Source: Mobula hypostoma (lineage: Eukaryota). Taken from it: DNA of 64,000 nt. Position numbers and translations under genes: made by a program. The stretch is taken from contig NC_086107.1 in assembly GCF_963921235.1 (NCBI RefSeq), positions 108,936,001 to 109,000,000 of the forward strand, in the 5' to 3' direction. The stretch's first letter is position 1, and every line of letters starts with the position of its first letter. The notes beneath the pieces are model-generated. The model saw nothing but the letters and a program-made list of their open reading frames with translations. It was not told where the DNA came from and did no database searches. Below, piece after piece: positions 13,107-25,557 of the stretch.

Positions 13107-13785
13107 GGAAGGAGAAGATGGCAATGCGACGCAGCTCGCAGTGGCCACTCTGGTGGTGATGTCTGTTATTTGTCAAGTAGGGTGCCGTGCACAATCCTGA
13201 TTTGATGGAGCCGGACATGAGAGCACGGAGGAACATCCGGTGAAACTTCTGAAATGCCTGCTTCGCTGCTGCTGCTACTGTGTGGTCCGGAATCTCCGGA
13301 GGGGAAGGCCCCGAGTCCTCCGCTTTGCTTGTTGCTCGGCGGCCGGGGCGGGGTCGAAGCGCTCAGCAGAGGATGGTGCTCGGAGAGGCTGTGTCGAAGG
13401 GGCTGGTCAGAGGCTCAAAGTTTTCGGACAGATTCAGAGTCCACCGCAGTCGGGCTTCCAATGGTGCTGCATCGGCAAGTTTGCGGCGCTTGGGGGTTCA
13501 TGGCAGGGAGAGTTTCTCCCTTCTACCGTCTGCGTGAGATGATGAGGCTATCAGGACTTTGAGACTTTTTTTTACCGTGCCCATGGTCTGCTCTTTATCA
13601 AATTATGGTATTGCTTTGCACTGTTGTAACTATATGTTATAATTATGTGGTTTTGTCAGTTTTAGTCTTGGTTTGTCCTGTGTTTCTTGTGATATCATTC
13701 TGGAGGAACATTGTATCATTTTTTAAGGCATGCATTTCTAAATGACAATAAACGAGGACTGAGTGTCCTCATAATCTAATCTAAT
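13107..13785 (+). mobile_element. ~680-bp YY1-headed element, copy B
   Basis: GGAGAAGATGGC head; AATAAA, hairpin at 13754-13770 and AATCT repeats at the 3' end. Confidence 0.9.
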
Positions 13786-14729
13786 ATAGAATATTAGCTA
13801 AAACACAATCTCACAGATGCATATGTATATAGTCTGGACCCCTCAGTGCATATGAAATCTTCAGTCACCACAACTGCGTTACACCACCCCCGGTAGAGCA
13901 CGCTGGCTCAGACACACCTCTTCCCTCAGCGGCTGTACAATATATATATATTTACTGTAATTCACAATCTGTTCACTATATTGTGTATTGCATTGTACTG
14001 CTGCCACAAAGACAACAAATTTTACAACATAGTCAAAGATTCAAAGTACATTTATTAACAAAGAATGTACAAATTTTACACCTTGAGACTTATTTGCTTA
14101 CAGGCAGCCAGAAAGCAAGAAACCTGAATAACCCAATTTTTAAAAAAAGAAAGACCTGGGAAAGAGGAAAAAACACACACACACACCATGCAAACAATAG
14201 GAACAAACGACAGCATTCCGAACCAGACAGCCCTTAGATCCACTGCCCAGAGCAGCTGGAGTGGACCCAAGCCCCGACCTCAGTTCATCATATTGAACAT
14301 CATGCGAAACTCGCAGAAACAGCAGCTGCTGGAGCAGATCACAGCCCCGGCGCTGCAGAGAGAGGAATAAACATTGCAGGAGCACGAGCGAAATCGGTCT
14401 GGCCCTCGCCTCCGATCCTGACACTCAGGCTTTCCAGTCTACGTAGGCCGGCCTTTAAATCGTCCAAGCACCAGGTAGTGCCTTGCCCTAGAATCCGGAT
14501 CCCGTCGCAGCAACAGGCTTGGGTCACACAGCCCGAAGGCATTCTCAATCTCAGCAAATCTGCTCGGTGCTTGGAGCGATCTTACCCTGCACCCGGGTTT
14601 GGTGGCCGGGCAGCGAAATGCTTCCACATCGACTCCTCTCTGAATCACTCAGTCCACAGCGGTGACATTCTGATCAGAGGTAGTGGAAAGTGTGGAAAAC
14701 CTAAAGTTCCTTGGAGTTACGTTGTCAAA

Positions 14730-16130
14730 ACAGCTGACATGGACCACCAACACCTTGCTGCTTGTAAAAAAAGGCACAACAAAGACTCTTCTTCCTCAGA
14801 AAGCTGAAACAGGCCAAACTCCCACAAAAGCTGTTGCTTAACTTCCACAGAAGCACAATTGAAACCATCCTGACCAACAGCGCCCCAGTGTGATATGTCA
14901 GCTGCACAGCCGCTGAGCGACAAGACCTGCATCGCGTGGTGAAGGCGGCCCAGCGAATTGTCAGGATGGAGCTCCCAGGACTGGACACCACCTATTCCAG
15001 CAGACTCAGGAGGAAAGCAATCAGCATAACCAGAGACACCACACACCCCGGCCACTCCCTGTTTGACCCGCTGCCGTCCAGCAAAAGGTTCAGGACACTA
15101 AAAGCCAGAACAAATAATCTGAGGAACAGCTTCTAACCCAGAGCTGTGGCCTCCATCACACCACTCCCACAGAACAATGACTGAAACTGTGAGCACACAC
15201 ATCCACACACAGGGACTCAAATACTTGCACTAACGGCACTTTGTGCATTACTGTGATATTCTGGTGCTGCTGCAACTTATTTTCTGCTACTTATCTATTT
15301 AATACTGTTGTAGCCCCCCGGTCAACCTCAGGGTCGCTCGGCTCGCTGTCGTCTAGGGAAATAGCCCTCGGCCCCGCCAAGCTGGGTAATTAGTTTGTGT
15401 GGATGCTGTGTGATGTACCCCACCCCACCCAAATAACAGACAATACACCAGATACGATTAAATGATTTACAGTTTATAGATATTACTGGAACTATATAAT
15501 TAATAGAGAATAAAATATAAAAGGAAGATAAAAGGTGCCACACTTATCAAAGTTCAATCTCTTCGTGCACAAACAGTTGGAGCTCAGGACCCTTCTTCTT
15601 CACCCTGTGACCCCTCAGACCACGTCGACCGGCCGCCTGGGACCAACAACGGTGGTTGACCAGACGCTCCACACGAGTCCGTCTCCATCTCCTCGCCAAA
15701 CGCCCTCCTCGGGGTCCAACCCCGTTAGCGGACATCACAGCACCTGGTCCATCCTCTGTCTCTCTCTCCCGCCTTCTGCCCCAAAACCCTGTGCATACAA
15801 TATCTTACAGATACACCAAAAACATAACAACTATCGCAATTGGTTCATAACATCTTCTTATCAGTAACGTGATTCAACAAACTGCTAGCCGGAGGACTTT
15901 CTCAGCATTTAACATAACAGAGATGCATTCCCAAGTATAACATAACAAAGAAGCCATTTTAGTTAGCCTACGCAGTAACTTAAGAGACGAAACCCACTTA
16001 CACCGTTTTGCTATTACTGTCTTGTTTTTATCTACCGCTTTATTTAATTGCCTGAGAGGAAGCCAAACAGAGTTTCATTGTACCTATGTACAAGGACAAT
16101 AAAGATCATTCAGTTCAAAATTCAATTCAA
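14730..16130 (+). mobile_element. Rex1/Babar-type LINE 3' end interrupted by a solo LTR
   Basis: AQQRLFFLRKL...RVVKAAQRIV...HPGHSLFDPLPSSKRFRTLKARTNNLRNSF; 3'UTR resumes after 16002 and ends GACAATAAA...(TTCAA)n. Confidence 0.8.
15309..16002 (-). mobile_element. Solo LTR
   Basis: TGTA...TACA termini; 4-bp TSD CTGT (15305-15308) / CCGT (16003-16006); shares blocks with 52630-53207. Strand inferred from a polyA-signal-like ATAAAC on the minus strand. Confidence 0.75.
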
Positions 16131-16589
16131 TTGGAGTCCTCAGTTCCACGTCATTGAGGAGGTCACACACCCAATAGTGCATCCCTGCCTCGGTACTAGG
16201 AGCGGACTTGTGCGCTCAAATCACCGTGGATTCAACCACATTTGAGCAAGAGAAGAGAAGCCTAAATAAAACCATAAGCCATTTTTCACATTCTGATAAA
16301 AGTTAATTACCTGTCAAGAGCACAGTTGTATCAAACATTTATAAATTGTTTGTGCTTCATTACTTGCACTGGCATAGTTTTGTTAATTGTGTAAGATCTC
16401 CGCTTCCTCGCCACAGACTAAGCCCCTGCCAGCAAATTGTCTGAGGTAATTTTCTGATTGTTTGCAGACGAGGCGTCATGCTTGACCCCAGTGACATGCT
16501 CATTTATTTATCGGGATACAGTGCGGAAAGGCCCTTCTGGCCTTTTGAACTGCACTGCCCAGCAATCCCCTGGTTTAATCCTAGCTTAA

Positions 16590-17228
16590 TCACAATCACA
16601 ATCAGGCTTAATACCACCAGCAAATGTCGTGAAATCTGTTGTCTCTGCGGCAGCAGTACAATGCAATACATGGTAATATAGGAAAAACCTGTAAGTTACA
16701 GCAAATATTATATAGAATACATAAATTAGATAAATTAAATAAATAGTGCAAAAACAGAAATAAAAAATGTAGCAATGAGAACAGGGCATGTTCTGGGTGA
16801 TGGGGGTTCTTAATGAGGGATGCCGCCTTTTTGAGGCATCACTCCTTGAAGATGTCCTGGATACTACAGAGGCTGGTGCCCGTGGTGGAGCCAACTAAGT
16901 TTACAACTCTCTGCAGCTTACTTCGATCTTTTGCAGTAGCCACCTACCCCGCCGTAGCAGAGAGCGATGCAGTCAGTCCAAATGCTCTCTACAGTACATC
17001 TGCAGGAGTTTTTGAGTGTTTTAGGTGACAAACCAAATCTCCTCAAACTCCTAATGAAATATAGCTGCTGTCTTGCCTGATTTATAGCTGCATCAATATG
17101 TTAGGACCAGGTTAGGTCCTCAGAGATATTAACACCAAGGAGCTTGAAATTGCTCACTCTCTCCACTTCTGATCCCTCTATGATGACTGCTGTGTGTTTG
17201 CTCATCTTACCCTTTCTGAAGTCTACAG
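16590..17228 (-). mobile_element. Rex1/Babar-type LINE 3' end inside a V-SINE
   Basis: Reverse strand matches the QDIFKE.CLKKAASLIK region and the (TGATTG/C)n tail; V-SINE pieces lie on both sides. Confidence 0.75.
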
Positions 17229-17420
17229 TCACGGGACAATTTACAACGACCAATTAATCTACCAACTGGTACATCTTTTGGACTGTGGGAGGAAACCAGA
17301 GGAATCCCACGCGGTCACGGGGAGAACCTACACACTCCTTACAGGCAGTGGCAGGAATTGAACCCGGGTCACTGGTACTGTAAATCATTTTTCCAACTAC
17401 TATGCTGCCGTGCCGCCCCA
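17228..17420 (-). mobile_element. V-SINE (5' part)
   Basis: Reverse strand has GGGTTCAATTCC B box and V-domain GTTCTCCCCGTGACCGCGTGGG. Confidence 0.7.
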
Positions 17421-17821
17421 AAGCTGGAGACACAAGAGGCGCTAGATGCTGGAATTGCCTATCACCTGTTGCAATCTACGTTCTCCCTCCTCCATTTGCC
17501 TAACCCCATCTCACCAGGAGCCATCCATTGCTTGCCAGCTCTTGCTCCTTTCCCTTCCCCTCTCCTCTTTATACTGACTATCTATCAGTCCAGATGAAAG
17601 TTCTCAGTTTGAAACACCAACTACCTATTCTTCCCTCCACGGATGCTGCCTGATCCACTGAGTTTCTCAATGTCTAATCAACGCTGTCTTCTTCCTCCTC
17701 TCCCTGATGATCCATTCCCTCTACTCACCTGCTTTTCAAAGTAAACAGATTATCAAAATCTGTATATGTTACCATATATTATATTGAGATTCATTTTCTT
17801 GCAGTATTAACACATATTAAC

Positions 17822-18498
17822 AGATGGCAGCGCGACGCAGCTCGCAGTGGCCACTCTGGTGGTGATGTCTGTTATCTGTCAAGTAGTGTGCCATGCACAA
17901 TCCTGATTTGGTGGAGACGGACGTGAGAGCACGGAGGAACATCTGGTGAATCTTCTGGAATGCCTGCTTCGCTGCTGCTGCTACTGTGTGGTCCAGAATC
18001 TCCGGAGGGGAAGGCCCCGAGTCCTCGGCTTTGCTTGTTGCTCGGCGGCCGGGACGAGGTCGAAGCGCTCGGCAGAGGATGGTGCTCGGAGAGGCTGTGT
18101 CGGAGGGGCTGGTCGAAGGCTCGAAGCTTTCGGACGGACTCAGAGTCCGCTGCGGTTGGGTGCTTCCAATGGTGCTGCATCGGCAAGTTTGCGGTGCTTG
18201 GAGGTTCGTGGCAGGGAGAGCTTCTCCCTTCTACCGTCTGCGTGAGATGATGAGGCTATCGGGACTTTGAGACTTTTTTTTTACTGTGCCCATGGTCTGC
18301 TCGTTATCAAATCATGGTATTGCTTTGCACTGTTGTAACTATATGTTATAATTATGTGGTTTTGTCAGTTTTAGTCTTGGTTTGTCCTGTGTTTCTTGTG
18401 ATATCATTCTGGGGGAACATTGTATCATTTTTTAATGCATGCATTACTAAATGACAATAGACAAGGACTGAGTGTCCTCATAATCTAATCTAATCTAA
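17822..18498 (+). mobile_element. ~680-bp YY1-headed element, copy C
   Basis: Same body as copy B; tail ...GGACTGAGTGTCCTCATAATCTAATCTAATCTAA. Confidence 0.9.
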
Positions 18499-18799
18499 GA
18501 TAAAGAAATGCAATAGAATTTATGAGAAACTATACATAAACAAAGATTCAAACAACCAATGTGCAAAAGGAGATGCACTGTAAACAAAAATACAAAAGAT
18601 CAATAATAATGAGAACATGGGTTGTAGAGTCCTTGAAAGTGAGTCCGTAGGTTGTGGAACCAGTTCAGAGTTGTGGTGAGTGAAGTTATCCACACTGGTT
18701 CAGGAGCCTGGTGTTTGAAGGGTAATATCTGTTCCTGAACTTGGTGGTGTAGGACCCAAGGCGCCTGTAACTCCTGCTCGATGACGAGGCCGCACTCTG

Positions 18800-19325
18800 A
18801 GCAGGTTTGGGTGCCTTATGTTAGAAAGGATGTGCTGAACTGGGGAGGGTTCAAAGGGGGTACACAAAAATGATTCCAGGATTAAACAGCTTCTCACTTG
18901 AAGAGCGTCTGATGGCTCTGGGCCTGTATTCACTAGAATTCAGAAGAATGAGGGATGACCTCATTGAAACCTATTGAATGCTGAAACCTTGATAGAGTGG
19001 ATGTGGAGAGGATGTTTTCTATGATAAAAGAGTCTAAGACCAAAGGACACAGCCTCAGAATAGTGGGGAATCCTTTTAGAAAGGAGGTGAGGAATAAATT
19101 TCTTCATCCAGAGGGTGGTGAATCTGTGGAATTCTTTGCCAGAGGCAGAAGTGGAAGCCAAGTCTTTATTTATACTTAAGGCAGAGGTTGATAGATTCTT
19201 GATTGGCCAGGGGGAGAAGGCAGGAGATGGGACTGGGAGGAAAATTGGACCAGCCATAATGAAATGGCAGAGCAGACCCCATGGGGCAAATGGACAAATT
19301 CTGCTCCTATATCTTAGGGTCTTAT
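18800..19325 (+). mobile_element. CR1 LINE 3' fragment
   Basis: SKTKGHSLRI...VVNLWNSLP motifs and CR1 3'UTR. Confidence 0.85.
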
Positions 19326-19630
19326 AATAACTGTTTCTGAACCTGCTGGTGCAGGACCCAAGGCTCCTGTACCTCCTGCTCAACGGTAGTAGCAACACAA
19401 GAGCATGGCCCGGATGGTGCGGCCTTTTGAAAACCTCATTCAAGCCTTTGTTACTTCACCACCCTGACGTACTTTTGAATGAGTTCCCTACCTCCACATT
19501 CCATGTCCCAACTCACGGTGAGTCAGTTCACTGCCCCATCCTCACCCCCCACCTCCCCTGAAAGGTCTGTGTTACTGTTGCTATCTGTAAATGAGGGAGG
19601 TGGACCTGATTGCCCAGAGAAACTGAGCAT

Positions 19631-20658
19631 AATTTACAAGGAGATTTACAAGGATGTTGCCTGGATTGGAGAGCAGTAAGAGTGAGCCCCCATTTACCAC
19701 ATCAGATGGCAGCTCGTTCCACACTCCCACCACTCTCTGAGTGAAGAGGTTCCCCCTAATGTTCCCCCTAAACCTTTCCTCTTTCACCCTAAAGCCATGT
19801 CCTCTCGTATTTATCTCTCCTAATCTAAGTGGAAAGAGCCTACTCGCATTTACTCTGTCTATACCCTTATAATTTTGTAAACCTCATTCTTCTAAGCTCC
19901 AAGGAATAAAGTCCTAACCTGTTCAATCTTTCCCTGTAACTCAACTCCTGAAGACCTGGCAACATCCTAGTAAGTTTTCTCTGCACTTCTTCAATCTTAC
20001 TGATATCCTTCCTATAGTTAGGTGACCAGAACTGCACACAATACTCCAAATTTGGCCTCACCAATGTCTTATACAACCTCGCCATAACATCCGAACTCCT
20101 GTACTCAATGCTTTGATTTATGAATGCCAGGATGTCAAAAGCCTTCTTTACAACCCTGTCTACCTGTGACGCCACTTTCAGGGAATTATGTATCTGCTCC
20201 CAGATCCCTTTGTTCCTCCACACTCCTCAGTGCCCTAAGTTGAGTGAACTTGGCCTTTTCTCCTTGGAGCGACAGAGGATGAGAGGTGACCTCATAAAGG
20301 TGTATAAGATCATGAGAGGCATTGATCATGTGGATGGCCAGAGGCTTTTTCCCAGGGCTGAACTGGCTAACACGAGGGGACGTAGTTTTAAGGTGCTTGG
20401 AAATAGGTACAAGGGGAGTATCAGGGGTAAGTTTCTCACACAGAGGGTGGTGGGGGCGTGGAATGCACTGCCAGCGAAGGTGGTAGAGGTGGATACAACA
20501 AGGTCTTTTAAGAGACTCTTAAATAGATACATGGAGCTTAGAAAAATAGAGGGCTATGCGGTAGGGAAATTCTAGGCAGTTTCTAGAGTAGGTTACATGG
20601 TCGGCACAGTATTGTGGGCTGAAGGGCCTGTAATGTGCTGTAGATTTCGATGTTTCTA
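19631..20658. mobile_element. CR1 (+) interrupted by an inverted internal CR1 piece (-, ~19677-20237)
   Basis: ORFs 19867-20223 (-) and the second half of 20120-20575 (+) both encode the CR1 C-terminal region. Confidence 0.85.
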
Positions 20659-21376
20659 TGTGCAAAAGAGCAGCAAAATTATCATACTTGACAATAATTC
20701 TTCTTCAATTAATTGAAGTATTCACATTCATGGAGGAATCAAAACTTAAGTCATTTTCAAATCTCCAGACTTTTCATGATGAACAGAATCCAATTAATTC
20801 TGCTATCCGAGTATTGCGTAGGCCCCATCTAATGGCAATAGCAAGCAAAAATGCCCTCAAAAGATAAAGGGATTGCCCCATCGGAAAGCCACCTCTTGCA
20901 GAAGATGGGGGCGGTGCGATGTGAAAGGCCCGGATTTGGTGTTCAAGTCTCTGAGGTGCGACTTGGGCCAGTGATATCTATGTCAGGGAGTGACAGTGAG
21001 TCTAACTGGTTGTAATCATGAAGGCTCAGTCTGACCAGGTCCCTGAATGACTTTATTGCGGCTTTGTCCAACTTATACTCGATTGACGCGGCTGGTTTTA
21101 GATGTTCGATCACTTGACCTCTGTGTGGAAACGTGCTTATGGGCTCAGGGAGAAGAACAGTGTAATCCTGAACAACGTGTGACTACAGGACATTCAGCGA
21201 GGCAGAGCTTATATGAGACAACTGTATCTAGACAACTCAGATATGAAGAATTGTCCAGTCAAGAGGGCAGAACGAAACATAGAAACATAGAAACATAGAA
21301 AATAGGTGCAGGAGTAGGCCATTCGGCCCTTCGAGCCTGCACCGCCATTTATTATGATCATGGCTGATCATCCAAC

Positions 21377-24300
21377 TCAGAACCCCGCCCCAGCCTTCCC
21401 TCCATACCCCCTGACCCCCGTAGCCACAAGGGCCATATCTAACTCCCTCTTAAATATAGCCAATGAACTGGCCTCAACTGTTTCCTGTGGCAGAGAATTC
21501 CACAGATCCACCACTCTCTGTGTGAAGAAGTTTTTCCTAATCTCAGTCCTAAAAGGCTTCCCCTCTATCCTCAAACTGTGGTCCCTCGTTCTGGCCTTCC
21601 CCAACATCGGGAACAGTCTTCCTGCATCTAGCCTGTCCAATCCCTGTAGGATTTTATACGTTTCAATCAGATCCCCCCTCAATCTTCTAAATTCCAACGA
21701 GTACAAGCCCAGTTCATCCAGTCTTTCTTCATATGAAAGTCCTGCCATCCCAGGAATCAATCTGGTAAACCTTCTTTGTACTCCCTCTATGGCAAGGATG
21801 TCTTTCCTCAGATTAGGGGACCAAAACTGCACACAATACTCCAGGTGTGGTCTCACCAAGCCCTTGTACAACTGCAGTAGTACCTTCCTGCTCCTGTACT
21901 CGAATCCTCTCGCTATAAATGCCAGCATACCATTCACCTTTTTCACCGCCTGCTGTACCTGCATGCCCACTTTCAATGACTGGTGTATAATGACACCCAG
22001 GTCTCATTGCACCTCCCCTTTTCCTAATCGGCCACCATTCAGATAATAATCTGTTTTCCTATTTTTGCCACCAAAGTGGATAACTTCACATTTATCCACA
22101 TTAAATTGCATCTGCCATGAATTTGCCCACTCACCCAACCTATCCAAGTCACCCTGCATCCTCTTAGCATCCTCCTCACAGCTAACACTGCCACCCAGCT
22201 TCGTGTCATCCGCAAACTTGGAGATGCTGCATTTAATTCCCTCATCCAAGTCATTAATATATATTGTAAACAACTGGGGTCCCAGCACTGAGCCTTGCGG
22301 TACCCCACTAGTCACCGCCTGCCATTCTGAAAAGGTCCCGTTTATTCCCACTCTTTGCTTCCTGTCTGCTAACCAATTCTCCATCCACATCAATACCTTA
22401 CCCCCAATACCGTGTGCTTTAAGTTTGCACACTAATCTCCTGTGTGGGACCTTGTCAAAAGCCTTTTGAAAATCCAAATATACCACATCCACTGGTTCTC
22501 CCCTATCCACTCTACTAGTTACATCCTCAAAAAATTCTATGAGATTCGTCAGACATGATTTTCCTTTCACAAATCCATGCTGACTTTGTCCGATGATTTC
22601 ACCGCTTTCCAAATGTGCTGTTATCACATCTTTGATAACTGACTCCAGCAGTTTCCCCACCACCGACGTTAGGCTAACCGGTCTATAATTCCCTGGTTTC
22701 TCTCTCCCTCCTTTTTTAAAAAGTGGAGTTACATTAGCCACCCTCCAATCCTCAGGAACTAGTCCAGAATCTAACGAGTTTTGAAAAATTATCACTAATG
22801 CATCCACTATTTCTTGGGCTACTTCCTTAAGCACTCTAGGATGCAGACCATCTGGCCCGGGGGATTTATCTGCCTTCAATCCCTTCAATTTACCTAACAT
22901 CACTTCCCTACTAACATGTATTTTGCTCAGTTCCTCCATCTCACTGGACCCTCTGTCCCCTACTATTTCTGGAAGATTATTTATGTCCTCCTTAGTGAAG
23001 ACAGAACCAAAGTAATTATTCAATTAGTCTGCCATGTCCTTGCTCCCCATAATCAATTCACCTGTTTCTGTCTGCAGGGGACCTATATTTGTCTTTACCA
23101 GGCTTTTCCTTTTTACATATCTATAAAAGCTTTTACAGTCCGTTTTTATGTTCCCCGCCAGTTTTCTCTCATAATCTTTTTTCCCCTTCCTAATTAAGCC
23201 CTTTGTCCTCCTCTGCTGAACTCTGAATTTCTCCCAGTCCTCAGGTGAGCCACTTTCTCTGGCTAATTTGTATGCTTCTTCTTTGGAATTGATACTATCC
23301 CTAATTTCTCTTGTCAGCCACGGGTGCACTACCTTCCTTGATTTATTCTTTTGCCAAACTGGGATGAACAATTGTTGTAGTTCATCCATGCAACTTTTAA
23401 ATGCTTGCCATTGCATATCCACCGTCAATCCTTTAAGTGTCATTTGTCAGTCTATCTTAGCTAATTCACATCTCATACCTTCAAAGTTACCCCTCTTTAA
23501 GTTCAGAACCTTTGTTTCTGAATTAACTATGTCACTCTCCTTCTTAATGAAGAATTCCACCATATTATGGTCACTCTTACCCAAGGGGCCTCTCACGACA
23601 AGATTGCTAATTAACCCTTCCTCATTGCTCAAAACCCAGTCCAGAGTAGCCTGCTCTCTAGTTGGCTCCTCGACATGTTGGTTCAAAAAACCATCCCGCA
23701 TACATTCCAAGAAATCCTTTTCCTCAGCACCTTTACCAATTTGGTTCACCCAATCTACATGTAGATTGAAGTCACCCATTATAACTGCTGTTCCTTTATT
23801 GCACACATTTCTAATTTCCTGTTTAATACCATCTCCGACCTCACTACTACTGTTAGGTGGCCTGTACACAACTCCCACCAGCGTCTTCTCCCCCTTAGTG
23901 TTACGCAGCTCTACCCATATCGATTCCACATCTTCCCGGCTTATGTCCTTCCTTTCTATTGCGTTAATCTCTCCTTTAACCAGCAACGCCACCCCACCTC
24001 CCCTTCCTTCATGTCTATCCCTCCTGAATATTGAATATCCCTGAACGTTGAGCTCCCATCCCTGGTCACCCTGGAGCCATGTCTCTGTGATCCCAACTAT
24101 ATCATAATCATTAATAACAATCTGCACTTTCAATTCATCCACCTTATTACGAATGCTCCTTGCATTGACACACAAAGCCTTCAGGCGCTCTTTTACAACT
24201 CTCTGAGCCCTTATACAATTATGTTGAAAAGTGGCCCTTTTTAATGCTTGCCCTGGATTTGTCGGCCTGCCACTTTTACTTTTCTCCTTTGTACTTTTTG

Positions 24301-24424
24301 CTTCTACCCTCACTTTACACCCCTCTGTCTCTCTGCACTGGTTCCCATCCCTCTGTTGTGAACTAACCTCCTCTCGCCTAGCCTCTTTAATTTGATTCCC
24401 ACCCCCCAACCATTCTAGTTTAAA
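21377..24424 (-). pseudogene. CR1 ORF2: APE endonuclease plus reverse transcriptase, three in-frame stops
   Basis: Four tracked ORFs share one frame: NARS, GITETWL, MGDFN, LGKSDH (APE); KSPGPDG, YLDFQKAFD, GVPQGSVLGP, KFADD (RT). Stops at 23447-23449, 23024-23026 and 22004-22006. Confidence 0.95.
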
Positions 24425-24648
24425 GTCACCTCAGTAGCCCCTGCTAATCTCCCTGCCAGGATATTGGTCCCCCTAGGATTCAAGTGTAACCCGTCCTTTT
24501 TGTACAGGTCACGCCTGCGCCAAAAGAGGTCCCAATGATCCAAAAACTTGAATCCCTGCCCCCTGCTCCAATCCCTCAGCCACGCATTTATCCTCCACCT
24601 CATCGCATTCCTACTCTCACTGTCGCGTGGCACAGGCAGTAATCCCGA
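24415..24648 (-). pseudogene. CR1 ORF1 C-terminus (SGNH esterase-like domain), partial
   Basis: SGLLPVPR...INAWLRDW...DGLHLN (DxxH motif of SGNH hydrolases), ending TLN-stop. Confidence 0.88.
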
Positions 24649-24902
24649 CATATTGTTTGTGTTTATGCGACTAGCAGATGGATCGGGAGAAACACAAGCT
24701 GTGTTAGGTGGGCAGAGGCAGCGAGAGTCCGGACCATGAGAGAGGCAGAGGGAATCTTGTGCGGAGAGGGAGAGGGGCTAATGGAGAGAGGCACAGCTAG
24801 TGTGGGGCAGAGATACGCAGAGAGAAACAGACCATGAGTCAGAGAGAAATAGACAGCTAACATCAGACACAAGAACTGAAGTAGGCACAAGCATATTAAC
24901 AA

Positions 24903-25012
24903 ACACACACACACACACACACACACAAAGACAGAAATATATATATTATATCTATATATATGCACACAAGTTCACATGCACACAGAAACTTACACATATA
25001 CATGGACAGAGG

Positions 25013-25056
<44 letters not shown>
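24903..25056. repeat. (CA)n microsatellites
   Basis: CA runs at ~24903-24927 and ~25019-25056. Confidence 0.9.
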
Positions 25057-25060
<4 letters not shown>

Positions 25061-25353
25061 CATACACAAACTAACAAAGGAAACTCAATATACATGGGAC
25101 AGGCAGAGAGACTGATTTGCAGATAACAGTACAGATTGAAACACACTTACAGACACACATAGGTGGCAAGGAGACCTGGGATATGTGAGTCGGGGAGAGA
25201 CAGGTAAGTAGAACACAGGTGCGTGGGCTGAAACGTACACACCCACGCACGTATACACACATGCACATACAGACACATCATGATACAGTGGTAACACACA
25301 TCAAAGTTGCTGGTGAATGCAGCAGGCCAGGCAGCATCTCTAGGAAGAGGTAC

Positions 25354-25389
25354 AGTCGACGTTTCAGGCTGAGACCCTTCGTCAGGACT
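25354..25389 (-). ncRNA. Minimal type I hammerhead ribozyme motif
   Basis: AGTC-CTGACGA-AGGGTCTCAGCCT-GAAA-CG-TC-GACT on the minus strand. Confidence 0.75.
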
Positions 25390-25521
25390 AACTGAAGGAA
25401 GAGCTAGTAAGAGATTGTCCAGCTCTTGGCTCCATCCCTCCCCCTCCTGGCTTCTCCGATCATTTTGGATCTCCCCTTCCCCCTCCCACTTTCAAATCTC
25501 TTACTAGCTCTTCCTTCAGTT

Positions 25522-25557
25522 AGTCCTGATGAAGGGTCTCGGCCCGAAACGTCGACT
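25522..25557 (+). ncRNA. Minimal type I hammerhead ribozyme motif
   Basis: AGTC-CTGATGA-A-GGG-TCTCGG-CCC-GAAA-CG-TC-GACT: intact core, stem I AGTC/GACT, stem II GGG/CCC. Confidence 0.8.

Larger units (their letters stand above)
21275..24648 (-). mobile_element. Young CR1 LINE, 3.4 kb, truncated within ORF1
   Basis: ORF1 C-terminus, full-length ORF2, 3'UTR and (TTTCTATG)n tail. Confidence 0.97.

Noticed and set aside
13240..13562. Recurrent ~100-aa ORFs (MPASLLLLLCGPESPEGKAPSP...) in the 680-bp family
   Set aside because: Several frames and both strands are open because the body is GC-rich; copies differ by frameshifting indels and show no recognisable domain.
21354..24044. Long + strand ORFs 21354-22046 and 23268-24044
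   Set aside because: Antisense shadows of CR1 ORF2.
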